Shown here piece after piece: positions 19,201 through 29,239 of a stretch of DNA of 64,000 nt (position 1 is its first letter; every line of letters starts with the position of its first letter). Below the pieces are notes generated by a model, which saw only the letters and a list, made by a program, of their open reading frames with translations, had not been told where the DNA came from and ran no database searches. The stretch lies in the IMG/VR virus record IMGVR_UViG_3300022200_000033, positions 1 to 64,000 of that record; one strand, 5' to 3'. The translations under genes and the position numbers were made by a program. Source of the stretch: a virus.

Positions 19201-21001
19201 GGATCGTTGTTTCTGGGTATCCAGCAACTCTTTTAAATGTGTAGTTTGAAAATCCTATGTAGTCAAGCAATACCGTTATCGCCCAGCTTAAAGATACATC
19301 TGTCAGCAGGAGCTCTGGGGCTGGTCTTGACTCAAGAAGAAAAAACAAGTCTCTTATGGTTACGCTTATTGTTGCTGCTTCTCCAGTAACCTGTGGAAAT
19401 GACTCGCTATACATTGTCTTTACTGGAATGAAGTAGTCTATTCCATCTACCTCTTTTGTGATGTCGTAGAATAAAAACTTTATTGGCATGTCTAAATAGT
19501 TTGCTAGGATGCTTCCTCTGTAGTCCTCAAAGTTAAAGACATTGTTTTGATTAAAAGAAAAGTCTGTATCAAAAACTTCAATCTGTCCTGTTGATGCAGA
19601 AAGTCCACCTACAGGTATAGATCCATTTCCAAGGTCTGACATTGTTTTTGTTATTGAGAATGACAAAACGCTTTCACTCATTTCAACCAAAAGTCTTGGA
19701 GAAAGTTCTATTAGGTCAAATGTACAACCACTTTTATTCATTGTTTCAATAACTAACCTCATACCACCTAACCATTCGAACTCTCTAAACACTGGGTTGT
19801 TATTTGCATCATAAAAGTAATCTGGATTTGCTGGCTGTGTCACAAAGTTACTATTATAGTTAATCAATTCATCTGACACTGCCCAGGAGTAGTCTGGAGT
19901 AAAAGACACCCATTCTTCATTTATAAAAATCCACATCGTACCTAAATCATGGTCTGACTCTTTAACTAGGTAGGTATATCCTTCTGGAGCAGTATCTGGA
20001 AGTAGGGTTGAGTTTGGGATGGTGTCAGCAAATATAAAAATATCTCTATACTCTAATGGAATCTGTAATCCATAAGATATTTCAACGTGACCGTCAAAAC
20101 CAATTATAGGAGTTCCGTCAGACCTTAAAGATACGTCATCAAAAGATATCATAGTTACCCAACTATCATCTTCATCTAGCTTTTCAATTCTCCATCGAAC
20201 TGGTGTAGTCTTATTATTGTCACCAAATAGCGGATCTTGTATTGATGTGTTTCCATATCTTAAGGTTCCTAAATCGACACCTCCTACGTTTGTCTGCATC
20301 TTAACAACAATCTTGTTTGCTGGAACCTGGTTTTCATAGACAACAAAAGGAACAGAGTCTTCGATAGAGTGATTGCCATTTACCAAAAACGAAATCCCTC
20401 TTTCAACTTGACGCAATTCTGATGTAGCACTTTCCCCAGGTCTTGGACTTGGAACCCCATATTCTGTTCTATAAGAAGTCCAGTATTTAAATAAATCATC
20501 TTTGTGAGACATATAGTATCTTGGCCTGTTAACAATGTATCCTTGATTTACTTCTTGTAAATCTGTTACCTTGTTGATTGGAGATGGATTGGTTATGTAC
20601 TGCGCTGTTTCGTATGTTGAACCAATGTTTCCAAGGTACAGTGGTTTGTTTATTCCTGACCTTGGTCTATGAGGACTTATACAATCATTTAAAGAATAAA
20701 GAAGCTTCATCTTTTCTTTAGGAGAGATAAACAGTGTTGGTTGATCTTGATCATCAAAGCCACTTTGGATAGCAACGTCAGAATCTGTTGCTCCTGTATA
20801 CCAGTTTCCAATGTCTAATTCATCATAGTTTACGGGAAGAAGGTAGTATTCAGATCCAGAATACGTTGGTCTATAACGATAGTTTCCAAGGTTTTTAATG
20901 TTTCCTGGCTGATTCATATTCCATTCAGCATATACCGCTGACTCAACTTTAACTGTATCTGAAGTTTTCAGATGATTTTCAAGTTCTTCTGATTGAAACA
21001 T
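16217..21001 (-). CDS. large minor tail (hub/tip) protein
   Basis: 1594 aa, second gene after tape measure. Confidence 0.7.
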   Translation of the reverse strand: MFQSEELENHLKTSDTVKVESAVYAEWNMNQPGNIKNLGNYRYRPTYSGSEYYLLPVNYDELDIGNWYTGATDSDVAIQSGFDDQDQPTLFISPKEKMKLLYSLNDCISPHRPRSGINKPLYLGNIGSTYETAQYITNPSPINKVTDLQEVNQGYIVNRPRYYMSHKDDLFKYWTSYRTEYGVPSPRPGESATSELRQVERGISFLVNGNHSIEDSVPFVVYENQVPANKIVVKMQTNVGGVDLGTLRYGNTSIQDPLFGDNNKTTPVRWRIEKLDEDDSWVTMISFDDVSLRSDGTPIIGFDGHVEISYGLQIPLEYRDIFIFADTIPNSTLLPDTAPEGYTYLVKESDHDLGTMWIFINEEWVSFTPDYSWAVSDELINYNSNFVTQPANPDYFYDANNNPVFREFEWLGGMRLVIETMNKSGCTFDLIELSPRLLVEMSESVLSFSITKTMSDLGNGSIPVGGLSASTGQIEVFDTDFSFNQNNVFNFEDYRGSILANYLDMPIKFLFYDITKEVDGIDYFIPVKTMYSESFPQVTGEAATISVTIRDLFFLLESRPAPELLLTDVSLSWAITVLLDYIGFSNYTFKRVAGYPETTIPYFFVEPDQNVAEMLQKLAVASQSTMFFDEYNNLVIMSKEYLLPNSEDERVTDTTMYGQVEGDNLPNIINLSSQDKLVYNDGEINYTTRYIQRSIGSTATAQKLDQYKEYIYKPVLLWEVQGREATKTINQLGAQNSGYTLGAVPLNTNLTEEVPYSLNNTVYNNVIDVGENVYWIPSYSGYFYANGEVIKFDAVEYSVSGEIEPVWVTSNQEYQDYFSRLTFNGKMFPTGNVRIYTKPEYEIIDGITNIKNGEIIEHGRGQFGTPITAHSAGLSSDSYWSDNLYVRGCIMDASKYLFTTGSYIEYPTTLQQGTAGKIQTSPYIDADSFSESSTRNGIIKNFLADSYATESEVNYYKTTGPGTIQSSALILNGPKFTDALPASSFISYVYKDFIDQNGEAIPYKHFGTRMRIVGKVESGTDKSQTPIGGYPIFEGSSGLELYSSSSNVSQNAPDQQVRIYGGSGGIGIGVNKETNNGYFFEIVALTADNVGDYVSDNNAGVKVANILSSPSPSCVANEVTVYTERQFDFQVGESVLISGLVDANDPTNTRTPLNGEYAITSIFPDKKSFKYVITSPTPLTTTSSTGGVASQSIQEATNIANIYFYKIVSDGSGSAIPVRLWSGLGQINVDSGEFVGQNRLAGESSTTVYDMSAEYINIGSARRFFLYLNGKQISTVDDIDPLPEYNNMAVFTRGSSRCMFENVYALANNYSESTTFTVDSGISKVFGDDLVDASEALRKYAISGIIQKTYLSGISSAEPPKYRMYFEEFGTILREVAYFNVKYDRAYPALYARLMNTMNRVKGYSVSGFYAGSYGADFLIFNCTDFNLNLDDTSGNYLRISGIAFTQDTTYNLNVDDYYKSKSILSNSDLGKSSTISNPFRVLEEYNKIKNSRIKYGVHQFTPIDSPYIQTSDAAEDVFGWVIDKVSVPKKAVGVNTFGTTNLQLGDIVNINYKDAQGQGIDIISPETSRFVIYNMEYKKDASGLSTTIYLLEV

Positions 21002-21637
21002 TTATACTTCTTCCAGGGATATGTTAATATTCCAAAAGTCATGTCCAGAAGTTGTTTGGTTTGACCAGATTCCGCCTCTTTTTTCAATTGAATAATCAAA
21101 AGAAGATATGTACATTTTTAGAACCTGATTATACACTCTAAGTTTTTCAAAGTTTTTTGTGCCATTTATATTAAATTTGTCATAGCCAAGGAATACATAG
21201 AATGGTCCAGAGTGGTTTTCATACCAGTTTAACAAGTCAACTCCCCCTGCACCGCCGTCAACTGTGTACATTGTGTATGTGGATGGATTGTCTGTTATTT
21301 CTCCATTAGCTGGATTGAAGTCAACGTCTGCAGAAAATGCTCTAGAAGGAATCCTATTCCAAGATGTGGAAAGGTTTAGCTTGTCTGCAGTCCAGTACGA
21401 GCGCATGTTTCCGTTTACCATCCTTTGTCTTGATTCAATTCTTTGCTGAGACATGGAAATCTCTCCCCTATTTCCATCTGTTAAGATAATGAAGTCTGTT
21501 CCCTCTGTTCCTGTAGGGACATATGAGCCACTATCAAGTGTTCCTGAGTTATCTGAAAATAACAAAGCTTGGGGTCTTGTAGCACCCCTTAGATAGGACC
21601 TGCGACCTTCCATATACGAACTAGTAGCCACGACCAC
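21002..21637 (-). CDS. distal tail-like minor tail protein
   Basis: Immediately follows tape measure; ends WNINISLEEV. Confidence 0.65.
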   Translation of the reverse strand: MVVATSSYMEGRRSYLRGATRPQALLFSDNSGTLDSGSYVPTGTEGTDFIILTDGNRGEISMSQQRIESRQRMVNGNMRSYWTADKLNLSTSWNRIPSRAFSADVDFNPANGEITDNPSTYTMYTVDGGAGGVDLLNWYENHSGPFYVFLGYDKFNINGTKNFEKLRVYNQVLKMYISSFDYSIEKRGGIWSNQTTSGHDFWNINISLEEV

Positions 21638-24600
21638 TCCTTATCTGTGTGCCCTGCATTTGCTTAATTTTTGCAATTGTTATATTTGCAATTTCATCTG
21701 CAGAAGCTCCAGCGTTACTAACATTAACTCCAACGCTATAACTATTATACATGGGAGCAGAGATGTTTGTCGAATTGTTGGACTCCATCTTTGTCATACC
21801 TTCAGACTTAGGCATACTATATTTTGGCATTGAAAATGATCCCTGGTTTATTGATGAAAGCATAGGCATTCCATACTTATCTACCATTGATTTACGAATA
21901 ACGAACTCTCCTGGAGTAAGTCTTGCAGAAACAGAGTCTCTAGATCCATTGCCAGCAACTCCGCCTGCCATCATTCCAGGAGGTGGTTCGTTAGAGGTGT
22001 ACTTGAGTAAACCTCCTGCTGCATACCCCTTAATCATTCCTCCAGCGTAGTGAACTTGACCAGTACCATACCTGATGTTTCCTAGGGCTGGATTTCCTCC
22101 TGCATCTGTTGGCCCTACTGATGCTTTGGCAAGTGCTTCTCTTGCAGCATTACCTGCGGCAATCCAGGCATCCCTGTACTCGTTAACCTTTGTAACGTTG
22201 CCAGCAATTGATGCAACTAGCGCGGCATTCTCATCTTTTTGTCTTTGAAATTCATCTGCCGTGAGTCCTGCAGCGGTAAGATTACTAAGCGCAATGTCAA
22301 GAGCCTTTTGATGATTTTCTAGTATTCTAGAGTGTTGATTGTTTTGATTTGTTAGTGGCTCAATCATATCTTCATTGATATTGTAAATTTCATTAGTAAG
22401 TCTACGAACCTCAAGACTGTTTGCATAAATCTTATCTTCTTCCATTCTAATCATTAAGCTTGCTTGATAAGACTGTTCTTTTATATCTGCAATTTGTCTT
22501 TCAGCTTCTTCTCTTGTTAAGCCCTCGCTTGTTCTGAGAGAATCAATAGCATTCTGCTTCCCCTGTTCAAGACCTGCTCTTGCTTGATCCTGTGCATCCT
22601 TTGCTTGATTCTGACGCATTGCTTGTGCAGCTGCTGTTGCAGCATAGATATCTCCTTCTGACAAAGCTTGAGAAATTCCCAATTGATCTTTTTGTTGTTG
22701 CAGTATTCTGTTGTTTAGTTCTTGAACTTTGTTAAGGGCACTAATTCTTTTATCGTATGCCTCAGAAATCTTGGTCTCTTGTTGACCCATAAGATCAAGT
22801 TCATGAGAAAGAGCATCTGAAACCCTGTTTCTTAATTCATCTTGTCTTTGAAGATCATCAATATTTTGACTGGTTAAGTCATTGATGCGCTCGTAATCAT
22901 CAATTTCTTCTTGTTTTCCGTCAATAAGGTCTTGCTGTATTTGAATTAACTCTTCATTTGCATCAATTTGTTTTTGAATTTCTTTTGTTGTTTTTTGTTC
23001 TGCCCCGTAACGCTTTTCTGCAAACTCATTTTCTACCCTTGTTTTCTCAACATCAAAGGCCATGCCTACTGTATTTGAGTATTCTGACCATGCCTTATTA
23101 AGTTCATCTACTGGATCTTTTGCTTCTTTTGTTACTGCAATAAATTCCTCAAATGCCGCAACAACTTCTTTGACAGACTTTCCACCCCTGCCTGCTTTTG
23201 CCTCCAAAAGAGTAAAGACATAATCTGTGTTTGAGGCAAGACTCTTTGCATCTTCTTCGCTAAACCCTTGATCTATTAACATTGATTCAGCTCTACCCGA
23301 TCTCTTTTTTGTTTTTATCTCATCTTGCATTCCTCTAAGAGTTTCGGCAATAGTAGCCTTTCTGTATTTCGCAAGCAACTCTTTAACTTTTTTCTTATTT
23401 GCATTAAGGAGTTCTTGTGCTCTTTTTATTCCTTCTTCTCCACCACCAATTGCTTCAATTATTTGTTGCGGAATTGCTGGGAATTTTTTCTTTATTTTAT
23501 CTAACATTCTAGGGAACATTTGTAGATTTGCTTCAGTCTCAGCAATTAAATCTTCTAGCCATGATCTTGTTTCTGAACCTCCACCAGTATCTTCGGTATC
23601 GTCCGTTGTATCACCTTCTGTTTCTGTCGTTACACTATCTGTTCCTGGAGCAAGGGCCCCCATAGCAGCACTCAAAAGTCTGAGCCTTTCTGCTTTTATC
23701 CATCTTTCAGCAGCATCTGGCGACATACCTTTTGGAACATCTAACTCTAAAGACATAAGAGCGGCAACAGCAATTTTTACAGAAGATGGTGCCTTAGCAA
23801 AATCTTCAAGACCCATGCTCATAGCCTTTAATCCAGCAGCAACGTTTCCTGGCGCTTCTCCAAAAACTACTTCAGCTTGCTTTTTAGCGTTTTTCTTACT
23901 TTGGAATAGTTCATAGTTTTTAGAAATTTTTTGTAAAGCAGTAGCACCAATTGCTTCTACGGTAAGGTTTTTTCTTACTGAAGGAGGAAGTGTTTCTAAG
24001 TCTTTCAAAACGCTTGTCATGTTTTCTAACTCTTCAACACTCATACCCTCTGCAGCCAGAACCAAGGTAGCTCTAACTTTTTCTGGTAAATCTTCTGGAA
24101 GCTTAAGCAAGAAATTTCCAAAAGCAAGAATTTCTTCTGGACTCTTACCTTCTGTTTCTAATGAAATAAGAAATTCAGATCTTGCAGTCTCCCCCAGGCT
24201 TGCATAAATTCTTTCTACTTCGTTTGCCTGATCAAAATCTCCTTCTACCCTTAAGCCCATGGTTACCCCAAGAACCTTTGAGGCTTCTCCCCTACCACCT
24301 TGCTCACGATAAAGATCGTCTAGAATTTTAGAAGCTTCTGGATCTGACTCTCCAATTGATAAATCAAATATCATTTGATATCTAATTTCTCTTTGCTTTT
24401 GCTCATCTAGGGCTGGCAACCCAGCCTGCCTTCTTTGAATCTCCATTGCAATTCGAGCAGATGCTAGCATTTTGTCAGTATCTAGCCCTTCTGTGCTAGC
24501 CTCAACAGATCTTTGCATCCCAGTAAGAGTTTCTCTTCCAATATCTGACAGTTTTCCGTCTTCTTCGGTTAAAGAGTTCATGTATTCAAGAAGTTCTGCT

Positions 24601-27600
24601 CTTCTTTGAGCTATTACTTCAGATTGTTCTTCTCTCAACTTCTTTCTTTGTGCAACTGCCTCTTCAAGTTGTCCTTGTTTAAGAATTCTTGCTTCTGAAG
24701 CTTTTTTCCTTTTGTCTTCCGTTTTGGCATTTTTTTCTTTTTCTTTTTCTAGACGGATTTCTTCTTTAAGTTTATTTATTTTATCTTGCTGTGCAACAAT
24801 TTGATACTCAACATTGTCTGAAAGGCTTTTTGCATTAGAAACCAAAGACTGTGTATATGCCACGCTAGCCCTTACTGCTTCATCAAATTCTCCAAAAACT
24901 AATTCTGCTCCAGGAAGGTTTTCATAAAAATCATCTCCCCATTTTTTTGCACTTTCTTCGGCCTGCCTTTTTAAAGTTTTTTCATCAAGCTCAATGCTAG
25001 CAACAATATTTGCCAGTATCGTCATTGGTCTTTCTGTTATATCCTCTCCGCTGGCACTTAAAATTTGAGTAATTTGTGCTATTACCTGTGCAGACAATTC
25101 TTCTTTTCCAAGAGCTTCTGCAATTCCCGAAGCAACAGCTTTTGCTTGATCTGGTGTAATCGCACCACTCACAATTGCCATTGAAAGTTGATTAGCAAAG
25201 TTTGTTGCAAAACCAGATGCATTTGCTTTAAAGGAAAGCTTTGCCTCTTCTACCATAGTTTTTCCAAATTCTGTTTCTACAAATTTTCTTCCTTCTTCTA
25301 CTACTTCTGGAGTAAGTCCAGCAATCTTATCTTCATTTCTTGATTTAGAAATATCTCTCACAGTTCCATTAAAAAATTCACCAAGACTTTTAATTTCTGA
25401 GGATGCTAAATTCATAGAATCAGACATTTTTTTGCCAGCATCAATATTATTATCAAGACCTTTTTTCAAAGCAAATCCTGCAACAGCTACGGATGCAAGA
25501 GCTGTTCCCATAATGCCTATTGGGGTTAATAGCAACGGTAAAGCTTTAAGCAACGCTGGCATCACCATTGCAAGTCCTTGAAAAGCAAACATTGCTGGCA
25601 TAATCTTTTGAGCGAATTCTCCAATAGGTCCACTTAGCATAGATGCTCCGAAAGCTAATCCGCTCATGGCTCCCATGGCTCCATTTACTTTTAGTCCCCC
25701 AGAAACCATAGTTTTTCCAAATTTTGATGCAGACCCCTTAAGTTTAGACATAGAAGATGAAACTTGTTCTGTTTCTTTAGTTAATTTTGTCTGAGATAGT
25801 ATTTGATTTTGAATAGAGTTTGGTGCTATCTGAAGACCCATATTTCTTGGTGGCAGAGGAGAGGATGGCCCTCCCAGTGGATTCATGGGCCCCATCCTTC
25901 CAGCAAATCTTGCATCAAAAGGTGTTGTCATTCCTGGAGCTATCGGAGGCATATTTAGGCTTAATGCTCTGCCTTTTTCCATAGCAGCTTTTATCTTTAA
26001 GTGAGCATCTTGAAGTTCTGCAGACATACCCTGCTCTATTCCCTGCCCAATCCATCCTCCAAGCTGAAGTGACCATGGTGGTGGGGAAGCAGCATTGGCA
26101 CCTTCAGTAACTGCTGGCCTTAGTTCTCTTCCTCCAGAAAGACCAAACTCCCTAAACACTCTTTGTGCTGTTGATGTGCTAAACCCAGAGTCTGTAAGCA
26201 TTTTCCTGCCTAGATCTGGGTCCATTCCTTGTGCTATCGCTGATGCAAAGATTGCCTTAGATGCTACGCCTCCAGCCCTCATCTGAGTGGCAAATGTAGC
26301 CCAGTATGCTCTAGATCCCTGTATTGCTGCTTGCTCTGCTGACTGTACAGATGAACGAATTAGTTCTGGGGAAACCTGATCAGAAGAAAATAACAGAGGT
26401 GCTTTTCTATAAGTTCTTCCAGAAGAAAGACTTTCTTGTCTTGTTCTTACTGAAGCGTCTCCCAGAGGGGAGGATATTCTAATCCTATCGTTTTCTTGAT
26501 CCATAACGATATTTCTTTCTGCAAGGAGTCTTCTTTGTTCATCTGTAAGATCTGATAGCCCACCAACGCTTACTCTTAAGTTGTTGTATTCATTTGAAAG
26601 ATTTTCTATTTCAGAAAGCATCTGCCTTGTTTCATCGTCAAGACTAGAAAATGCTGTTCTAAAAATTTCATCAATGTTAGAGTCGCCAACTATTGCAAAA
26701 TCTTCAGCAGCAGAGACTATCGCATTGTCAAGAAGCTGTAGCTTTGGCCTTAATTCTTCAAAATCTTGTCCAGTTACTGCTACTGTGCTTTGCCATTTTT
26801 CTACTCCTGCTCCACCAAATTCCTGCCCAAATGATCCTCCAGTTAAAGAATCTCTTCTCATTGCTTCATTGAAATTTGTTGGCATTTCAACAATAAGATT
26901 GCTTACAGCGCCAATACTAGAAATTGTTCTTCCAAGAACTCTTTCAATTTCTTGCAAAACTGTAAGATTTCTTCTTGCACCTGCGGTTAAATTTTCCATA
27001 GCAAGGGCTTCTGAAGTGCCCAAACTTACTCTTCCAGTTAAATGAGTTCTAGCAGTTGAACCAACATAATCTGAAAGCTTTGACCCATCATTCAAACCTT
27101 TGACTGTTCCACGATTCATGGCATCAAGTACGGGAGCAAATCTTCTGGTTGCTTCTTTATTCATTACAAATTCACCAGGGGTTAGTAGTGCTGGCTCAGT
27201 ATCTTTATTTCCAACGCCACTGATCATTCCACCAGTAGCCATTTTTTTAACAGGACGACCTCCAAATCCCTGAGGAAGTCCTGAAGCAGCAGAACCCGCT
27301 GCAGCAACATATGTTCCATAAGCTCTTGAAAGCTGTCCTACCGCACTTCTTTGAACGTTTAATGCAGCAGTTAATCTGGTGGTCTTTCCCTCTAAGCTTG
27401 CTGCTGCTGCTGCTGCATCTAACTGTTCTCCTGCCAAATATGAAAGATCCTGACCCCCACCCCTTAATCTGTTAAACAAATTGTTAAACATTGCAAAACC
27501 TTTTACAGCTTGACCAATAAAGTTACCAAACAAACCAATAAGCATAATTACTGTTGGAGCCACAACCCCAACTCCAGCAACAAGAATGGTTATAAATTGC

Positions 27601-29210
27601 TTGATTCCTGGACTAAGATCATTAAACTTGTCAAGAATCTTTGAAACTACCTCAAGTATTGGAGTTGCAATCTTTAGAAATATTTCTCCAATTGGTGCTA
27701 TTGCAAGTTTTAATCTTTCAAGTGCCCCAGTAAATTTCATACCAATTGATTCTTCAATTGCCCCAAGTTCCTTGTCAGCAAGTCCAGCAAGATCTTCTAT
27801 GCTTTCTCCAGCAAGATCTATAACCCTACTTGCCTGAGAACCTTCTGTAGAAATGTTTTCAAATAATGAACCCAATCTTGCAAATTGATACTTACCAAAA
27901 ACTTTAGCAAGCGTTTGCTGCCTTCCAAATTTATCAAGTGTCATCAAGGCGCTACCAAATTCTTGAACGGTTGCTCTGATATCCCCTTTGTTAGTAGATA
28001 TGATTGAGTCAATGTCTATGCCAACTTTTTGAAGCTGTTCTCTAGCACCTTTTGTTGGGTTAATCAGAGATGCAAGACCAGATTTTAGTGCGTTTGCCCC
28101 CTCTGCTGCATTCACCCCACCTTCTCTCATGGCAGTCAGGAAGTAAGCTAGGTCTTCAACGTTTCCTCCAAGACCCATAATTACTGGAGCAACCTTGGGA
28201 ATTGCTTCAGTAACGTCACCCAGAGATAGAATTGTTTGGTTTTCTACTGCGTTCAAAAAGTTTACAGATTGTGCAAGTTCTTCGTTGCTTAGCTTAAATG
28301 CAGTCTGCAAGGATATGGTGGCAGTCATAGCCTGATCCATCTCTATCATACCTAGAGTTGCCAACCTTGTTGACTGTGCCGTTGCTGCAATGAGATCTGC
28401 TCCCTGTGCGCCAGTCGCAGCAATGTCTCCTGCAAGGCCAACAGTGTCTTTCACTGTAATTCCATACTTAGTAAACTCTTTACCAAGATCTTGAATTTCT
28501 TTGACCATTTGGTCTGTCTCGCCTGCTGGAGTCATTGCATCACCATAGACACGACGGAAGTTTACAACCTGCCTTTCAAGATCCATGAAGATTTTTCCAG
28601 CCATGCCACCAAAAATTGTAAGGGGTACGGTAAATCCAACCATTAGCTGGCGACCAGCCCATTGAGTGTTCTTACCAAAATTAATTAATGATGTAGACCC
28701 ATCATTTAAAAGTTTGCTAAATAACTGCTGTCTTTGTGCTGCTATTGCTGTATCTGCATTAAACAGTGCAAGAGGTCTTACAGCCATTGCCCGTGTTACG
28801 CCATTTTGTGCAGCACCTAAGGCAATATACTGGGTTTGAAGTCTTTTTACTCTCTCTGTTGCAAGAGCAGTCATCTGAGTATGTTCTTTAGCAAAAACCT
28901 TTCCGAAGTTTTTACTAGATGCCACACCGTATCTAAAGTATTCCCCAAGACCAAGCTTGTTTTTATCAATTGCATTGCCAAGTCTAGATACACTTGATTC
29001 AACATTTACAATTGATGTAGAGAACGCTTTAGTAGCTCCAATTTGAGCAGTAAGTCCTGCTAGTGCCGACTTTTGCGCTGCTGTTGCCTGAGCATTGCTA
29101 GCAATAATGCTTTTATTAAAGGAAGATATTTGATTTTGAAGGGTACGCAAAGAAGCAAGAGCTTGACTTGAATCAATCCCTATATTTATATTAGCATTTA
29201 CTTCTGACAC
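21621..29210 (-). CDS. tape measure protein
   Basis: 2529 aa, Ala/Gly-rich helical, TP901-like core, coiled coils; follows frameshifted chaperones. Confidence 0.92.
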   Translation of the reverse strand: MSEVNANINIGIDSSQALASLRTLQNQISSFNKSIIASNAQATAAQKSALAGLTAQIGATKAFSTSIVNVESSVSRLGNAIDKNKLGLGEYFRYGVASSKNFGKVFAKEHTQMTALATERVKRLQTQYIALGAAQNGVTRAMAVRPLALFNADTAIAAQRQQLFSKLLNDGSTSLINFGKNTQWAGRQLMVGFTVPLTIFGGMAGKIFMDLERQVVNFRRVYGDAMTPAGETDQMVKEIQDLGKEFTKYGITVKDTVGLAGDIAATGAQGADLIAATAQSTRLATLGMIEMDQAMTATISLQTAFKLSNEELAQSVNFLNAVENQTILSLGDVTEAIPKVAPVIMGLGGNVEDLAYFLTAMREGGVNAAEGANALKSGLASLINPTKGAREQLQKVGIDIDSIISTNKGDIRATVQEFGSALMTLDKFGRQQTLAKVFGKYQFARLGSLFENISTEGSQASRVIDLAGESIEDLAGLADKELGAIEESIGMKFTGALERLKLAIAPIGEIFLKIATPILEVVSKILDKFNDLSPGIKQFITILVAGVGVVAPTVIMLIGLFGNFIGQAVKGFAMFNNLFNRLRGGGQDLSYLAGEQLDAAAAAASLEGKTTRLTAALNVQRSAVGQLSRAYGTYVAAAGSAASGLPQGFGGRPVKKMATGGMISGVGNKDTEPALLTPGEFVMNKEATRRFAPVLDAMNRGTVKGLNDGSKLSDYVGSTARTHLTGRVSLGTSEALAMENLTAGARRNLTVLQEIERVLGRTISSIGAVSNLIVEMPTNFNEAMRRDSLTGGSFGQEFGGAGVEKWQSTVAVTGQDFEELRPKLQLLDNAIVSAAEDFAIVGDSNIDEIFRTAFSSLDDETRQMLSEIENLSNEYNNLRVSVGGLSDLTDEQRRLLAERNIVMDQENDRIRISSPLGDASVRTRQESLSSGRTYRKAPLLFSSDQVSPELIRSSVQSAEQAAIQGSRAYWATFATQMRAGGVASKAIFASAIAQGMDPDLGRKMLTDSGFSTSTAQRVFREFGLSGGRELRPAVTEGANAASPPPWSLQLGGWIGQGIEQGMSAELQDAHLKIKAAMEKGRALSLNMPPIAPGMTTPFDARFAGRMGPMNPLGGPSSPLPPRNMGLQIAPNSIQNQILSQTKLTKETEQVSSSMSKLKGSASKFGKTMVSGGLKVNGAMGAMSGLAFGASMLSGPIGEFAQKIMPAMFAFQGLAMVMPALLKALPLLLTPIGIMGTALASVAVAGFALKKGLDNNIDAGKKMSDSMNLASSEIKSLGEFFNGTVRDISKSRNEDKIAGLTPEVVEEGRKFVETEFGKTMVEEAKLSFKANASGFATNFANQLSMAIVSGAITPDQAKAVASGIAEALGKEELSAQVIAQITQILSASGEDITERPMTILANIVASIELDEKTLKRQAEESAKKWGDDFYENLPGAELVFGEFDEAVRASVAYTQSLVSNAKSLSDNVEYQIVAQQDKINKLKEEIRLEKEKEKNAKTEDKRKKASEARILKQGQLEEAVAQRKKLREEQSEVIAQRRAELLEYMNSLTEEDGKLSDIGRETLTGMQRSVEASTEGLDTDKMLASARIAMEIQRRQAGLPALDEQKQREIRYQMIFDLSIGESDPEASKILDDLYREQGGRGEASKVLGVTMGLRVEGDFDQANEVERIYASLGETARSEFLISLETEGKSPEEILAFGNFLLKLPEDLPEKVRATLVLAAEGMSVEELENMTSVLKDLETLPPSVRKNLTVEAIGATALQKISKNYELFQSKKNAKKQAEVVFGEAPGNVAAGLKAMSMGLEDFAKAPSSVKIAVAALMSLELDVPKGMSPDAAERWIKAERLRLLSAAMGALAPGTDSVTTETEGDTTDDTEDTGGGSETRSWLEDLIAETEANLQMFPRMLDKIKKKFPAIPQQIIEAIGGGEEGIKRAQELLNANKKKVKELLAKYRKATIAETLRGMQDEIKTKKRSGRAESMLIDQGFSEEDAKSLASNTDYVFTLLEAKAGRGGKSVKEVVAAFEEFIAVTKEAKDPVDELNKAWSEYSNTVGMAFDVEKTRVENEFAEKRYGAEQKTTKEIQKQIDANEELIQIQQDLIDGKQEEIDDYERINDLTSQNIDDLQRQDELRNRVSDALSHELDLMGQQETKISEAYDKRISALNKVQELNNRILQQQKDQLGISQALSEGDIYAATAAAQAMRQNQAKDAQDQARAGLEQGKQNAIDSLRTSEGLTREEAERQIADIKEQSYQASLMIRMEEDKIYANSLEVRRLTNEIYNINEDMIEPLTNQNNQHSRILENHQKALDIALSNLTAAGLTADEFQRQKDENAALVASIAGNVTKVNEYRDAWIAAGNAAREALAKASVGPTDAGGNPALGNIRYGTGQVHYAGGMIKGYAAGGLLKYTSNEPPPGMMAGGVAGNGSRDSVSARLTPGEFVIRKSMVDKYGMPMLSSINQGSFSMPKYSMPKSEGMTKMESNNSTNISAPMYNSYSVGVNVSNAGASADEIANITIAKIKQMQGTQIRSGRGY

Positions 29211-29239
29211 AGATTAGCACCTCTTGTAAATTATACCAT

